Shown here: piece after piece, positions 1-12,700 of the stretch | Layout of the letters: the number at the start of each line of letters is the position of its first letter | Numbering within the stretch: position 1 is the first letter of the stretch | Assembly: GCF_006345805.1 (NCBI RefSeq) | Contig: NC_043002.1 | Span: forward strand, 35,216,001 to 35,280,000 | Direction of reading: 5' to 3' | Length of the DNA stretch: 64,000 bases | Source: Octopus sinensis | Taxonomy: Eukaryota | Made by a program: the position numbers and the translations under genes | Notes under the pieces: generated by a model | What the model was told of the DNA's origin: nothing | Database searches by the model: none | What the model saw: the letters and a program-made list of their open reading frames with translations, nothing else

Positions 1-350
1 TCTTTTGATTTTGTAAGCATGTCCATGAGTGTTAGACATATAATTCAAAAAGGTGCCCAAGGTTGTTGTTGTTAGAAAAATGGTGGATAATCTTGTGGAT
101 GTATACCAAGTCAGTTGGCAGATGCCAGAGCTTTAATACGTCCAGGCTCAGGAAAGCAAGACATTATATATATATATAAAACTATGTTTGTGTTTGCTTA
201 TGTCCACCATAACTTAGCAGTTCGGTAAAAACAGACTTATTCCACTAAAAACAAATTTATCCACTAAAACCTTCAAAGAAGTGCCCCAGTATGGCCACAA
301 TCAAATGACTGAAATAAGAAAAAAAATATATATATGCATGTATGTATAGC

Positions 351-386
<36 letters not shown>

Positions 387-620
387 GTACATGCAGAATT
401 TAGGCAACTGATAAATTTTCTTTATATCTTCCATTTTTCATTTTAAAAATTAAACCCAGACCAAACTTACTGCCATTTGAGTATACAAAATGAAAAACCT
501 AAATGAATTAGTTATTTTAACCCCTGCTAAATATTTTAACCCTGCTAAAAAATGAAACATCAAATTAGTTTTTCTAGTGCTTTGCCCTCATATAAATGAT
601 TTAAGTTTAAACAGGTATGG

Positions 621-734
621 TTAAATTTGACTGATTAGGCTGTTGTACTGGACCTCGTTGAGAACACCAAACTGGAACCAAGTTGTCTGCCGAAAGGTCT
701 CCCCAGGGTATAAAACTGTATTTGGAAATTTAGG
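621..734 (-). CDS. GALM: GALM terminal exon 7: [37 protein letters not shown]
   Basis: Acceptor atttcctttccag|CCT; TAA stop at 623-621; aligns to human PRFPPVLLRPGEEYDHTTWFKFSVA. Confidence 0.93.
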   Translation of the reverse strand, partial: PKFPNTVLYPGETFRQTTWFQFGVLNEVQYNSLISQI

Positions 735-3700
735 CTGGAAAGGAAATAATAAGGTATTTTCAATAGGAATTAAGTTAGTGTTATTTACATTTTGTTACTA
801 GAAAGAATAGGATTTGCATATATTTCTTATAATAAAATAGCACCATAGCTAATTAGAAAGGAGAGAGCTTAGATTTGTCTGCTACTTGTACTGTTGCTCT
901 TTGTGTATCAAGTATACAGGGTTAGCAGTGATGTAAAAAGGCTATTGGTATCACAAATTCTTGAATATATCTAATCTCCGTATAGATGCAGGCTCCCTAC
1001 AAGCAATGCAAAGGATGGCATCTATTGTTTGTTTCTGGATGTGACACTGTAAATAAACTGCTAAATTCAGGCTTTGTCCTCCAATGTGTGTGTAGCATTA
1101 GCAGCCCTAAAGCATGGGAATATTTCTTGCTATGAAGACAAGAAGAAAAGCAAAGTAATAGAGCCTGTTACCCAGTTTCCACATGGTACAAGTAACTGAA
1201 ATTACAACATTCCCACGGAATGGGATGCCAATCTGTTGCAGAATTACTTATTTACAGCTGAGTAGAGTGGAGGAATATGACATGGAGTGTTTTGCTGAAG
1301 AACACAGCACCATCACCCAGTGTGGGAATCAAAAGCGCAATCTTACAATCATGAGTATAACACCCCAACAATAAGCCAATACACTTCTACTCTGAAGACA
1401 TACATAGAAGACAAAATATCTTGCCTGTCTAAAGCAAAAATGGTTCTGTATCTCAGAGAATTGTGAATTTTTTCTAGACTACTGGAAGCTGTTAGAAATA
1501 ACTGCATGAAACAAGACTTGCTAAGCATACACTAATAGCCAATGCTCTACAGGGAGCTGGAAGGCAAAGAAGAAGAATATATCTAATTGTTAGCAGATTT
1601 TTGTTTTTGTTGTTGCTATTCTCCTTCATGCACAATATGTCCATGATCAATTTTGGTCATGTTATGTTATGAATGCCTTAAAGAATGCAAAACTTCACAA
1701 CTTATCATTTGTTTTCTTATAAATTAAAGTCTGTTTCTCTCATTCAAATTATCTTAAATCTATATATTAACAGGACTAATCCATTTTAACTTACCTAGCA
1801 GATAACCCTATCCAGAAAGGGTGTAATTATTTGTTTATGTATTAAAATATTTAAAAAATAATAACACATATAATATATAGAATTTGTTCTTTAAAATGGT
1901 ATGTTACATGAACATAGCTTAAAAAAGTTTAATCCAAAATAAACATCAAAATTTAGAAATGAAAACTGCAATTATTTTTGAACCAACCTAACCCCAGACA
2001 GATGGAAGACAAGGTTAATTCCAATTGGGTTTGAGAATACTACTAAATAATAATACTCAGAATAATACTAAATAATACTCAGAATAATACTAAAATATTT
2101 TAAAGTATTTAGGATAGAACAGTTCAAATTTACGCTTATTATGATAGGTGCAGTTTCTTAGTCATTCAAAAAATACACTTCTGATGCAAATAAAGTAATA
2201 ACAGCTTTATCAGTGAATAAATAATTTTTCTCTCTCATCACCATTATCATCATTTTTATACCTGTTTTTCCATACTGACACAAGTCATTTGTGTCTGCTT
2301 CAGTACGGTATCTTAACACCTGCTGCAATCCCTTGTCATCTCCTTCACAACATTCAAACTCCTAAGGTCAGGTTTCACTTCTTTCACCAGTTTAATAACT
2401 CCGTCTTGAGTCAATCATCACCATCATCATCATCTTCACCATTGTCTTAAGGTGCACTTACCCATGTTTGCAGGGGTTGGACAGAGTTTATTGAAGCAGA
2501 TTTTCTATGGTCAGACACCCTTCCTGTTGTCAACCCCCACCTGTTTCCAAGGTAATATTTCTTCATGGCCATACATGCTTTTGTAGAATATCAGAAATGA
2601 ATGTCACTGCTTGTATGATAGTGATACCTATATACAACTATCGAGCAATGTCAAAGACAAGGAGATACAAACACACACGTTCACACACACACAACAACAA
2701 CAACAGGTTTTCTTCTACCAAATATACTCACAAGGCTTTGGCTGGCCCAGAGCTATAGTAGAAGACATTTGCTCAAGGTGCCACATGTACACACACCCAA
2801 ACATATGTGAGAGAGATAGAGAAAAGGAACAATTTTTTTTTAAAGAACCGAACACTTACTTCATTAACACTATTAGGATAGTGTTGTGTTTCCAAACAAA
2901 GTCCAGAATATTTTTTATAGACTGCACCGTCTTTACCCACTGGCCCATTAAGGAAATAACCAGTGTACGCATGCACTCCAGGTTGGGTAGACCAAACTTT
3001 GAGGCTTCGTTCAGTCTCTTCATGCCACACCCTATAATTTGAAAAGAAAATCAATATAAAATGAATTCATCAGAATCACTATTAAGATTGATTTTAAATA
3101 TACATGTCATTGATTATACAATACCCTATCTTTTTATGCATTCTTTATATTGCATTATGTCATACAAGAGGCCTAACCATTGTGATGGCTTATGATGACA
3201 TCATGTGTCTTCTGTAACAAATTTGTTCTTTGCTGTGTATATATGTCAACCATTCACATTGAAAATCCATACTAATGTAATTATCTCTTGAAAATGTTGG
3301 TTAAAGTCCTTAACACTCAAGCATGTTTGAGAACTGGTACATTAAAACAGAAATATCATGCAACATATATGTCTCACCGCACTTTGCATTTTGTATATTA
3401 TTAGTATGTTAAAATAAATATCAAATGAAATGGGTACAGTTCAATGACTGAAGCAGGTGAAAGAATAAAAGAAAGAATACAACTCTTTCAAATTAAACCC
3501 TGTCATATCAGAAACAGAAAGACTCATAAGAAGATATACTATATAACCTTAAAAAAAAATTTTGATTGAAGGTCTACTTGCTGACTGTTGGTATCAAGCT
3601 AAAACAAATTTACATTTAATGACCAACAACAACCAACTTTAAAATGAATGACTAATCATTCATATTAAACTTTTCATCAACAGCCACAATATGTTTCTTT

Positions 3701-6700
3701 ATTAGCCACACAGGGCTGAACACAGATGGGACAAATTACAAAGTAGAGCTTTTCTTTTGGGGGAGGAAAAAAAAAGTGGGGTAGGTTTTCGATCAAGAGG
3801 GATCGTAAAAAGGAAAAAAAAAAGAAGAAAAGACAACAAAAAACGATCAATAGGTATCGTGGATCACAGAAATGTCATGATGTAAAGTGGAAAGGGGAAA
3901 ACAGACAAGGTTTATCCATGGAAAGAAAAGCCTACGGAAAAGACCACAGTAACCTCGGTCATTAATGTCACATGTTAACACATTTACTTGCAAGTAAGTA
4001 ACTCTCTGTTTTAAATTTGTCCTGGTTCATAGGATTATGCTCAAGGTGGTTTCGTCATTCATACGTGCCATCCGTGTTACATTCACCCATCTTTTTTTGA
4101 AACATTCGCTAGACAAAACTTGCCTCTCTACTCTCACTTTCCTTTTCAAGTGAGCCACAATACTTCTGGCTTTACTGTTCAAAGATTCACTGCTATATAG
4201 TAAAACATGAAACATACTGTTTAATCTGTTTTGATATAAATACTGTCTAAGGCAGCAGTTCACCGATGCCTATCTATCTCAAAGTTTACATTAAGCTAGT
4301 GGAAGTCTATGCCATTAACAGATATGTAAGAAATAGCAGTCAAATTTCCTTCAAATAAAACTCTATTGCCTTGAAAGCAGGACACATCAGATGCTGGCAG
4401 TTCTAGATACACTATATCTCTAGATCACAATACCACTATAACTAAATATATCTCAAAAATATATGCTTTATATACTACTACTGCTACAACTACTATCAAG
4501 CAAGTAACAATAGAGTCTATGTGGTAGCTTGACCTACTACAAACAACAACCAAATTTCCCTGAAATCAAACTTTACCATCTTAAAAATATTTAAAACTAC
4601 ATTGGATAACGACCAACTTCCTTTTAGGTCACATATTATTCATTATCTCACTGAAATATATGTTCTTCAGCTGTTTCATATTAAACTATTAGCGACAACT
4701 TTAGTGCAGCCTTTTGTTATAAGGTAAATAACTGCCAGAGAGGAGAATGTAGATATAACAATAGATTGACCCTTTAGCATTTAAACTGGCCATATCCAGC
4801 CCAAATATTTTACCTGTTTTATATTCAAACTGGCCAGATTTGGTCTCTCACACCTACCCTATAATGTCATTCTAAAAATAAACAGTCACATCATTGAAAT
4901 TTCATAGCTACAAGATAGTGCATAATTAATTCAAAACAATATGAATAAATAAGCATTACATTTAACAGAGTAATCTGAATACTAAAAAGTTAAAAAGGGA
5001 TATTTAAATAATCAAGAAATAACAATACATAATTGAAGGTTCATTATAGTGAATAAAATAAAAGCCTCTATAACTGGATGCAAGTTAAGGATCACTCTGA
5101 CTCATCAAGCAGTTGGCCTTGTCTTTACAACCACTTGCTACCAACAGCCAACTAATACTTGCTATATAAACATGTTAGTTTGTTTATAGTATAAAGAGAA
5201 GTTTATTAATGTTTCATATTTCTACTATGATGCTAGTATCTTCCCAAAGATAATAATAATCAACATTTAGAAGTTCCTTTTGGTTCTCCACTTAAGGCTT
5301 TGAATGAAGAGGAAAAAATTGAAGAATGAAGCATAATAGGATTCTCAAGTGTATTGCTTTTTCAGATAGGCTTTTTGATTCTTTATGGTTGCTCTTAACA
5401 TTTCTAATAAATAATTCATTCACATATAGTTTTCTCTTACTCAACACTTCAATATTGATTTTTATATTTATTTATTCATATATGTGAGAGTGTTTTTAAT
5501 ATTTTCTGGTTGTCTCTTTAGTGGTTTTGCTTATAACAAAGTGCTTTATTTAAAAGTTAGGCCACAGCTGCAGCATCTAACTTTTGTTTTCCAATGTCAC
5601 CTGAAACTAAGCACAAATAAACTCACTCTGTGCATGAATGTGTCGACACCAAGTCACAGTGTATAAACACATAAAAAAAATATCAATGTCATTTTTTCCA
5701 TACATATATAAATTAGCCTCTCCTAACATAAATATGAAATGGAAAGAAAATAATATTGGATCATCCCATAAATAATGTGTTTTTTTATGCTTCTTTTATT
5801 TAATCTAAAATATACTCTCCTTCATTTTCTACAATGCTTTTCCAAGGCCCATCTTCCAAAATTCACTTGTCCATGACAAAAAAATACTCCTCCACTACTG
5901 TTCTGACTTCGTCTACAGAATTCATACTTTACCCATCCAAATGATTCTGCAGACTGCAAAATAAATTATAATCAGACGGGGCAATGTCTGGCAAATATGG
6001 TGGGTGGGACATCGTTTCTCATTCAAACTACTCTAGCCTTTGGAACGTCATCCTCATTATATGTGGCTGAGCATTATCCTAATGGAAGAACATCTTTCAT
6101 CTTGAAACCAAAGATGGTCGGGTTTTTTTCTATTGCTGACTTAAACCGCTCAAGCTGCTTGCCATAGATCTTTCTTATTGTTTGGTTTGGGTTTAAAAGT
6201 TCAAAGTGAACTAAATCTTTCATATCCCACCAAACAGATAACAATACCTCACATGGGTGAAGACCTTCTTTAGCCTGGGGTGCCGGTATTTCTCCTTTCC
6301 TTGCCCACTGTCTTCGGAGCTTGACATTTTTATAGGGAACCCATTTCTTGTTACCAGTCACTATTTGGTCAAAAAAGTACATTTGTAAAACATGACAGCA
6401 AGGAAGAGCACACATTCATCCTTTGCATGCAATTAGACTTGGAAAGTTTGTGAGGTACTCATTAACCCAATTTGCTGACTTTTCCAATGGCACACAGGTA
6501 ATAGTGAATGGTTGAATGACCAAACCCGAGCTTCTCTGCTAGTTCCTCAATAGTTATGATGGGATTTTGTTCCATCAAGCTTTACAGATCTTCCAGGATG
6601 AGGCTTATCTTCTTGGCTGTAGTTTCTGGCTCAGAATTTCTGGAACAACCATCGACACTGGCTTACACTTATTGTCCAATCCCCATATTCTGCATTAATA

Positions 6701-9700
6701 TTCCTTGCACTTTCCGTTGCATTGTTGCTTTTATTGAACTCATAAAGCAAAATATGCCAAATATGCTCCTTTGTCACTTTCATTATAGCTTTGAAAGTAT
6801 AACTGTTAAAATCGAACTGCACTCTTCAAAACTTGCACTAAGAATAAATGCAAGGTAAAATTACTACCTGCTTTTATAGCAAGTTGATGCAGGTAGTTAT
6901 CCCACCCCCCTCTGACTTTTAGTTCATGCAATTATAAAAACTGTATTATTTATGGGATGACCCAATGTTTACTTACAAAGCTATCAGTTTTTTCTCAAGA
7001 TTTCCAAAGCAATATGTATGGTCATAACCATCAGGAAGTTCTTTGAATTTTTCACTCAGAAGAACTTTTTTTGTTAGATCCATAGGTGTTCCATCAACAG
7101 GTCGAATTTCTCCTGGAATGGAAGGAAAGAGAGTTTAAGGCATTAAAATTTTCAATTCTTCAAATTAAAAACAAACAACTTAAAATGAAATATTCTATTG
7201 TTTACTACTGATATACATGAACCAGTTTATAAAATATATAAATTTGGTTCTTATAATGAAATAAGAAAATATTTGTACTTTCCTTGCCCCAATCCTTTGT
7301 AAAGGATACAAACTCATTGGTTTCAAATTGAAGATAGTTATCAGTACATGTAGGACTCACCAACATTCAATTTATGCCAAAATAGATATTTCAAAAATAT
7401 TCTTTAATAATAAATTCTTGAAAGCATACTACACTGGAACAAATTTCTAATACAATGGTTGAAGTCACTTCTCTGTATAAAAAATACACTTCTTGATATT
7501 CAAATACTTCAAGGAAATGTGAGGATAACAAATCAGCAGTGGTAGTAGCTTCCTCTTCCAGTTGTCACTCTTGTTACTATTCTTTCAGAGCAACCACCTC
7601 ACTTTCTAATTAAATATCCTATGAAACAAAAACTGTCAACTACTACTTGTGTAGTATATTTAAAAATATCAATTTCCAATGTGATTGTATGAGCTGTTCC
7701 AATGTATCTACCATATTTGAAGCTTACACTTTTGGATAGTCTGCCAGTGATTCTACTACATCTCTTGTATGTCCATAGCTTGCAGTAAATACAGTGTATA
7801 CCAATTCCTTTAATGTATATCAAGCAAGGCCATTTCCCTGAAGGTACAGAGCCCAGTCTCCTTCCCTATTTACTAAAACCTTTGTCTTTGCTAAGGCCTC
7901 ACAATTATAGGTTTAGCTTCAATAACTGGAATTTCTTCTCTTATTCCCCTAAATTTTCAGCATAAATTTTCCCATGAAAATCCAGTCTTAAACTCCTTTG
8001 TCATGGCTTGTAGGACTATAATGAATAGGAGAGCACTACAAACTGAACAATGATGGAGCTCCTATCTTCACACTAAATTCATCACTGAAGTTGTCAAAAG
8101 ATAAGTAATAAAACTTATAATCCAATATTATTGTTATCCTCTGCCCATACTACCATGGAACCTACCCAGTTTAGCTTAGTCTTGTAAGCCAATAACTTAC
8201 TAATAAACAGATGAAGCTCTTATCACAAGTTTGCTGACAGCAAATCATTGTTTATTGCTCTATAAGAAACAAAGAGCTACATAATATAGTGTATATATGT
8301 AGAACATTAATTTCAAATTACTATTCCTCCACTACTGTAGATTTGAATTTATCTGAAACTAGAACATAGTTCTTCTAGGAATTTTGTCTGCATAAAGTAT
8401 TACCCTATTTTCAAAAGTATACATCTGATGACATTAACACTACAAAAACCATGGCTGAACACTAGTTTACTGAACTTATGTGTTCCATGAGATAGTTAAC
8501 ATTTATCATATACAAGCATGATCTTGTTTACCAACATACTTCAGCCTCTGGCCTACAGATACACTGTCTCTTGTCTCTACCTTTTCTACTGCTAATTCCT
8601 TTCTCTGGAATTCCTTTAGCAAGTCTTTCTGCCATTGATGGAAATCTGTGAAACCATATCAATCTTACTGGTTCTTGAAAACATGCAAAGATCATGGGAA
8701 CAATACTGTCTTTCAGATCAAGCCATTATATAAAAATATTCCTAAACATATATGGTTAGAAGAATTTTCAAAATACACAGATTTGAAAAATTTTTTAAAA
8801 TGCTTAAATTAGAGTAAAATCAGTCACAGTCACACTAGATATAAATTACATTATAGAAAAGACAATTGTATTTCGGATCTATAAAAGTTAGCAGCTGTGG
8901 TTTTATAACTCAGATTAAAATGCTTATCCTTCAAGAACCATCTGTAAATGGGATTGCTTAATGTAAAGTATGTGCAAACAATTACCATAAAGTTGTATAG
9001 ATTCAAAAACAGTAGGTTAACTCCAGGTCTGTTCTGATTGAGCATTCTAGCTGTGACCATACTATCTTTTACTGATATAATGCATTAAAGAGAGTGGGTG
9101 TGATTTAGAGAAGATTCTGCTTTTTCTAGCATTCCAAGTGACCACAAAGAGGCTCCTTTATTAGCTTGCATCTATAAACAATTTTAAATTCAGGTAGAAT
9201 ACTTTAAGTTTTGTACTATATACAAATATCTCTATTTGTATATAGTACATTAAACTGATACCATTGTGATAATATTTTAAAGTCTACTTTTTCATAATTA
9301 CATAGGTTAAACATATCTGTTCCAATATAGCATCTTGCCACCTGTCACAACACTTCATCATCTGATACACATAACAGCAGAAAAAAAAAAACACCAGTCT
9401 TTCTGTGTAAGTCATTTATTTCATAAATATTTAGTAATCAGAGGAGAAATATTTACCTGTTACCAAGCAGTTTTTATCAACAGGTAGGTAATGATTTGCA
9501 GGAACAATTAACCAATGCTTTGAAAGGTTACCTATTCCCTATTAAAAAATAAATAGTTACAATATAAAATGAGGAGTAAACTTTCTTTTTTGTTTCCAAG
9601 AAATGTTAGGAAGCAAAGATATAAATGACAGACATACATCATAGACTTGTATTAAATCAGACATAATCATAGAACTGCATCATAGTGATCAATATAAATG

Positions 9701-12700
9701 ACATACATTATAGATTTTTCATCATAGAAATCAAAGTATACTATGGATTTGTTTTCTGTGATCAATATATACAATCTATATGTCACCATGTGAAGGTGTA
9801 GTGAAAATATGAATGTAACTTTAAGATGCTTATTGAGTGAACGGAATTATTTCTAAACGCATCTTTATTGTTATCTCTGTTAACAACACAGCTGATACCA
9901 AAGTCATTGTGCACAGTGTACAAGCATAGAATTAAGTTTGATGACAATTAATACTAAAATGTTGTATTCTAAATATCAAAGAATACAAGTTCTTATATTT
10001 TTCATTTTCCTCTTTTATACTCACCTTCTTGTATCTCGAGATGCTATGACATCCCATCATCACCATTATTTTCTTAATAGCTACTCCCATCCATCCCTAT
10101 ATAATGCAGGATAGCCTTGCATCACTTGTATAACATGACAGGCTTGTCTCTCTCTCCTCATACTCTCCACTCTATTTAGTTGAGAGGGTTTTTGCCTTTT
10201 CCTTGTTTCCTTCTTGCTATTCTTTTCTTATCTTGCAGGTTACTTTGTTATGTCACAGTGCCAGTGGCAGGTAAAAAGCACCCAGTACACTCGGTAAACC
10301 AACTGGCCTTAGGAAGGTATCCAACCATAGAAATCATGCCAAAGTTGACATTAGATGTAGCCCCATAGTTTGCCAGATCCTGTCAAACCATCTAACCCAT
10401 GTCAGCATGAAAAATGGTCAGTTAAATGATGATGATCTCTCCAATATATCTTCATTCCAGTTAAAATTTTACTGAAGCATCTTCAGTCATATTTTTCATA
10501 TTATTTCCCAATGGTAACATCACATTTTAATATAGAAGACTGGTCAATCGCAGAGGAAATGGTCAAGACCAAATCTCACTCATACATGCCCCTCAGCCAG
10601 GGCTACCCGATGGACAGAAAGACAGTTTCTATGACACCCTACTGCAGACCACCTCATTGACGAACGACAGGGACCTTCTCTTTGTGGCTGGTGATTTCAA
10701 TGGGCATGTTGGACGACATGCTGGGGGCTTCCATGGCGTACATGGAGGCTACGGTTATGGTTCCCGCAACGAGGGGGGAACCAGGCTGCTGGAGTTCTGT
10801 GATGCGAATAGTCTTATGGTCTGCAACACTAACTTCAGGAAACCAACAAGCCACCTGGTCACCTACCGATCGGGCCGGCATACTAGCCAAATCGACTACA
10901 TCCTTGCCAGAAAAAGGGAAAGATGGCTGCTTATAAATGCCAAAACCTTCCCAGGCGAAGAATGCACCCCACAACATAGACTGGTAGTTAGTGACTTTAG
11001 GATCAGGACTAAGAGGGCGACTAGAAGACGACCAGCATGGAGAAGAAGGGTCTGGAAGCTTAAAGACCCTGCGAATGGACAGAGATTTAGAGATATGTTA
11101 CTTGAAGCCTTTGACGAAGTGGAAGGGGGTATAGCTACACATGGGTTAGAAGACAACTGGACGTTTCTGAGGGACAACCTGCTGAAAGCCGCTGACCAGA
11201 TCTGTGGCTGGTGCAAAGTCCCCTTAAGACCCAAAATAACGTGGTGGTGGAACAATATTGTTGACAGGACTATTAGACAAAAGAAACAGGCTTGGAAGGC
11301 CTGGAAGAACGGTGGTAGCAGGGAAGGGTATCAGACTGCCAGAAGGGAAGCTAGGAGACAGGTCTATCTAGCCAGAGGGAAGCAGATAAGAGAAAATTTG
11401 CCAATGTCCTGCGCCGTGAGGATGAAAGACTTGAGGTATTTCGTGTTGCAAGACAGTGTGTGAGAGAGAATCGTGATGTGGTAGGAGAGAAATGTGTTCG
11501 CATGGAGGATGGTTCACTTGCGCTAAATGAGGATGCAAAGAGAGAAGCTTGGAGACGCCACTATGAAAGGTTGCTGAATGAGGAAAATGAATGGGATAAA
11601 GAGAGTCTGCCGAACGTTGACCCTACAGAGGGACCAGCTATCCGAGTTGATAGTTCCGTGGTAGCTAAGGCAATTAGAAGCATGAAGACAGGAAAGCCCC
11701 AGGCCCATCAGGAATTACTGCAGAGATGCTCAAAATATCTGGCAGTGTCGGCTATAACCTAGTCACCCGTATAGTCAACCAGGTGATACACGAAGGAGTC
11801 ATACCCAATGACTGGTGCAGCAGCATACTAGTCAACTGCTACAAAGGTAAAGGTGATGCCCTAGATACAATAATTACAGAGGTATCAAGCTGTTGGATCA
11901 AGTAATGAAGGTTACGGAGAGGGTCATAGCCCAACTAATTAGAGAGAGAGTTAGTTTAGATGAGATGCAGTTTGGGTTCGTGCCAGGGAAAGTACCACTG
12001 ATGCTATATTCCTGGTAAGGCAGCTGCAGGAGAAAGACCTAGCCAAAGATAAGCCCCTGTACCTGGCTTTCGTTGACATGGAGAAAGCTTTTGATAGGGT
12101 CCCCCGATCCCTTATCTGGTGGTCAATGAGGAAACTAGGATAGATGAATGGCTGGTGAGGACTGTGCAAGCCATGTACAGAGATGCCGTAAGTAAGGTTA
12201 GGGTTGGCAACATGTACACAGAAGAATTCAAAGTAGAGGTTGGGGTCCACCAGGTTCAGTACTCAGCCCCCTCCTATTTATCATAGTACTCCAGGCAATT
12301 ACGGAGGAATTCAAGACAGGTTGTCCCTGGGAGCTCCTCTATGCTGACGACCTTGCTCTTATTGCTGAGTCACTATCAGAACTGGAGGAGAAGTTCCAGG
12401 TGTGGAAGGAGGGTTTAGAATCAAGGGGCCTTAGAGTCAACCTAGCTAAAACCAAAGTACTAATAAGTAGAAAGGTAGACAATCCACAAATATCTTCAGG
12501 AAGATGGCCCTGCTCGATCTGTAGAAAAGGTGTAGGTAGAAACTCTATAAGATGTACCCAGTGTAAGCTATGGACACATAAGAGGTGCAGCAATGTCAAA
12601 GGTAGGCTAACTGGGAAGATAGTTTTTGTATGTGGCAGATGCTCGGGAGCATTAACCTCTGAAAATCTGCAGAAAACAACTTCCGTCACTTTCCAGGGGG

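Noticed and set aside
132-137. ATTAAA on the minus strand as the GALM poly(A) signal
   Set aside because: A variant hexamer in AT-rich DNA is expected by chance, and it cannot be supported without 3'-end data.
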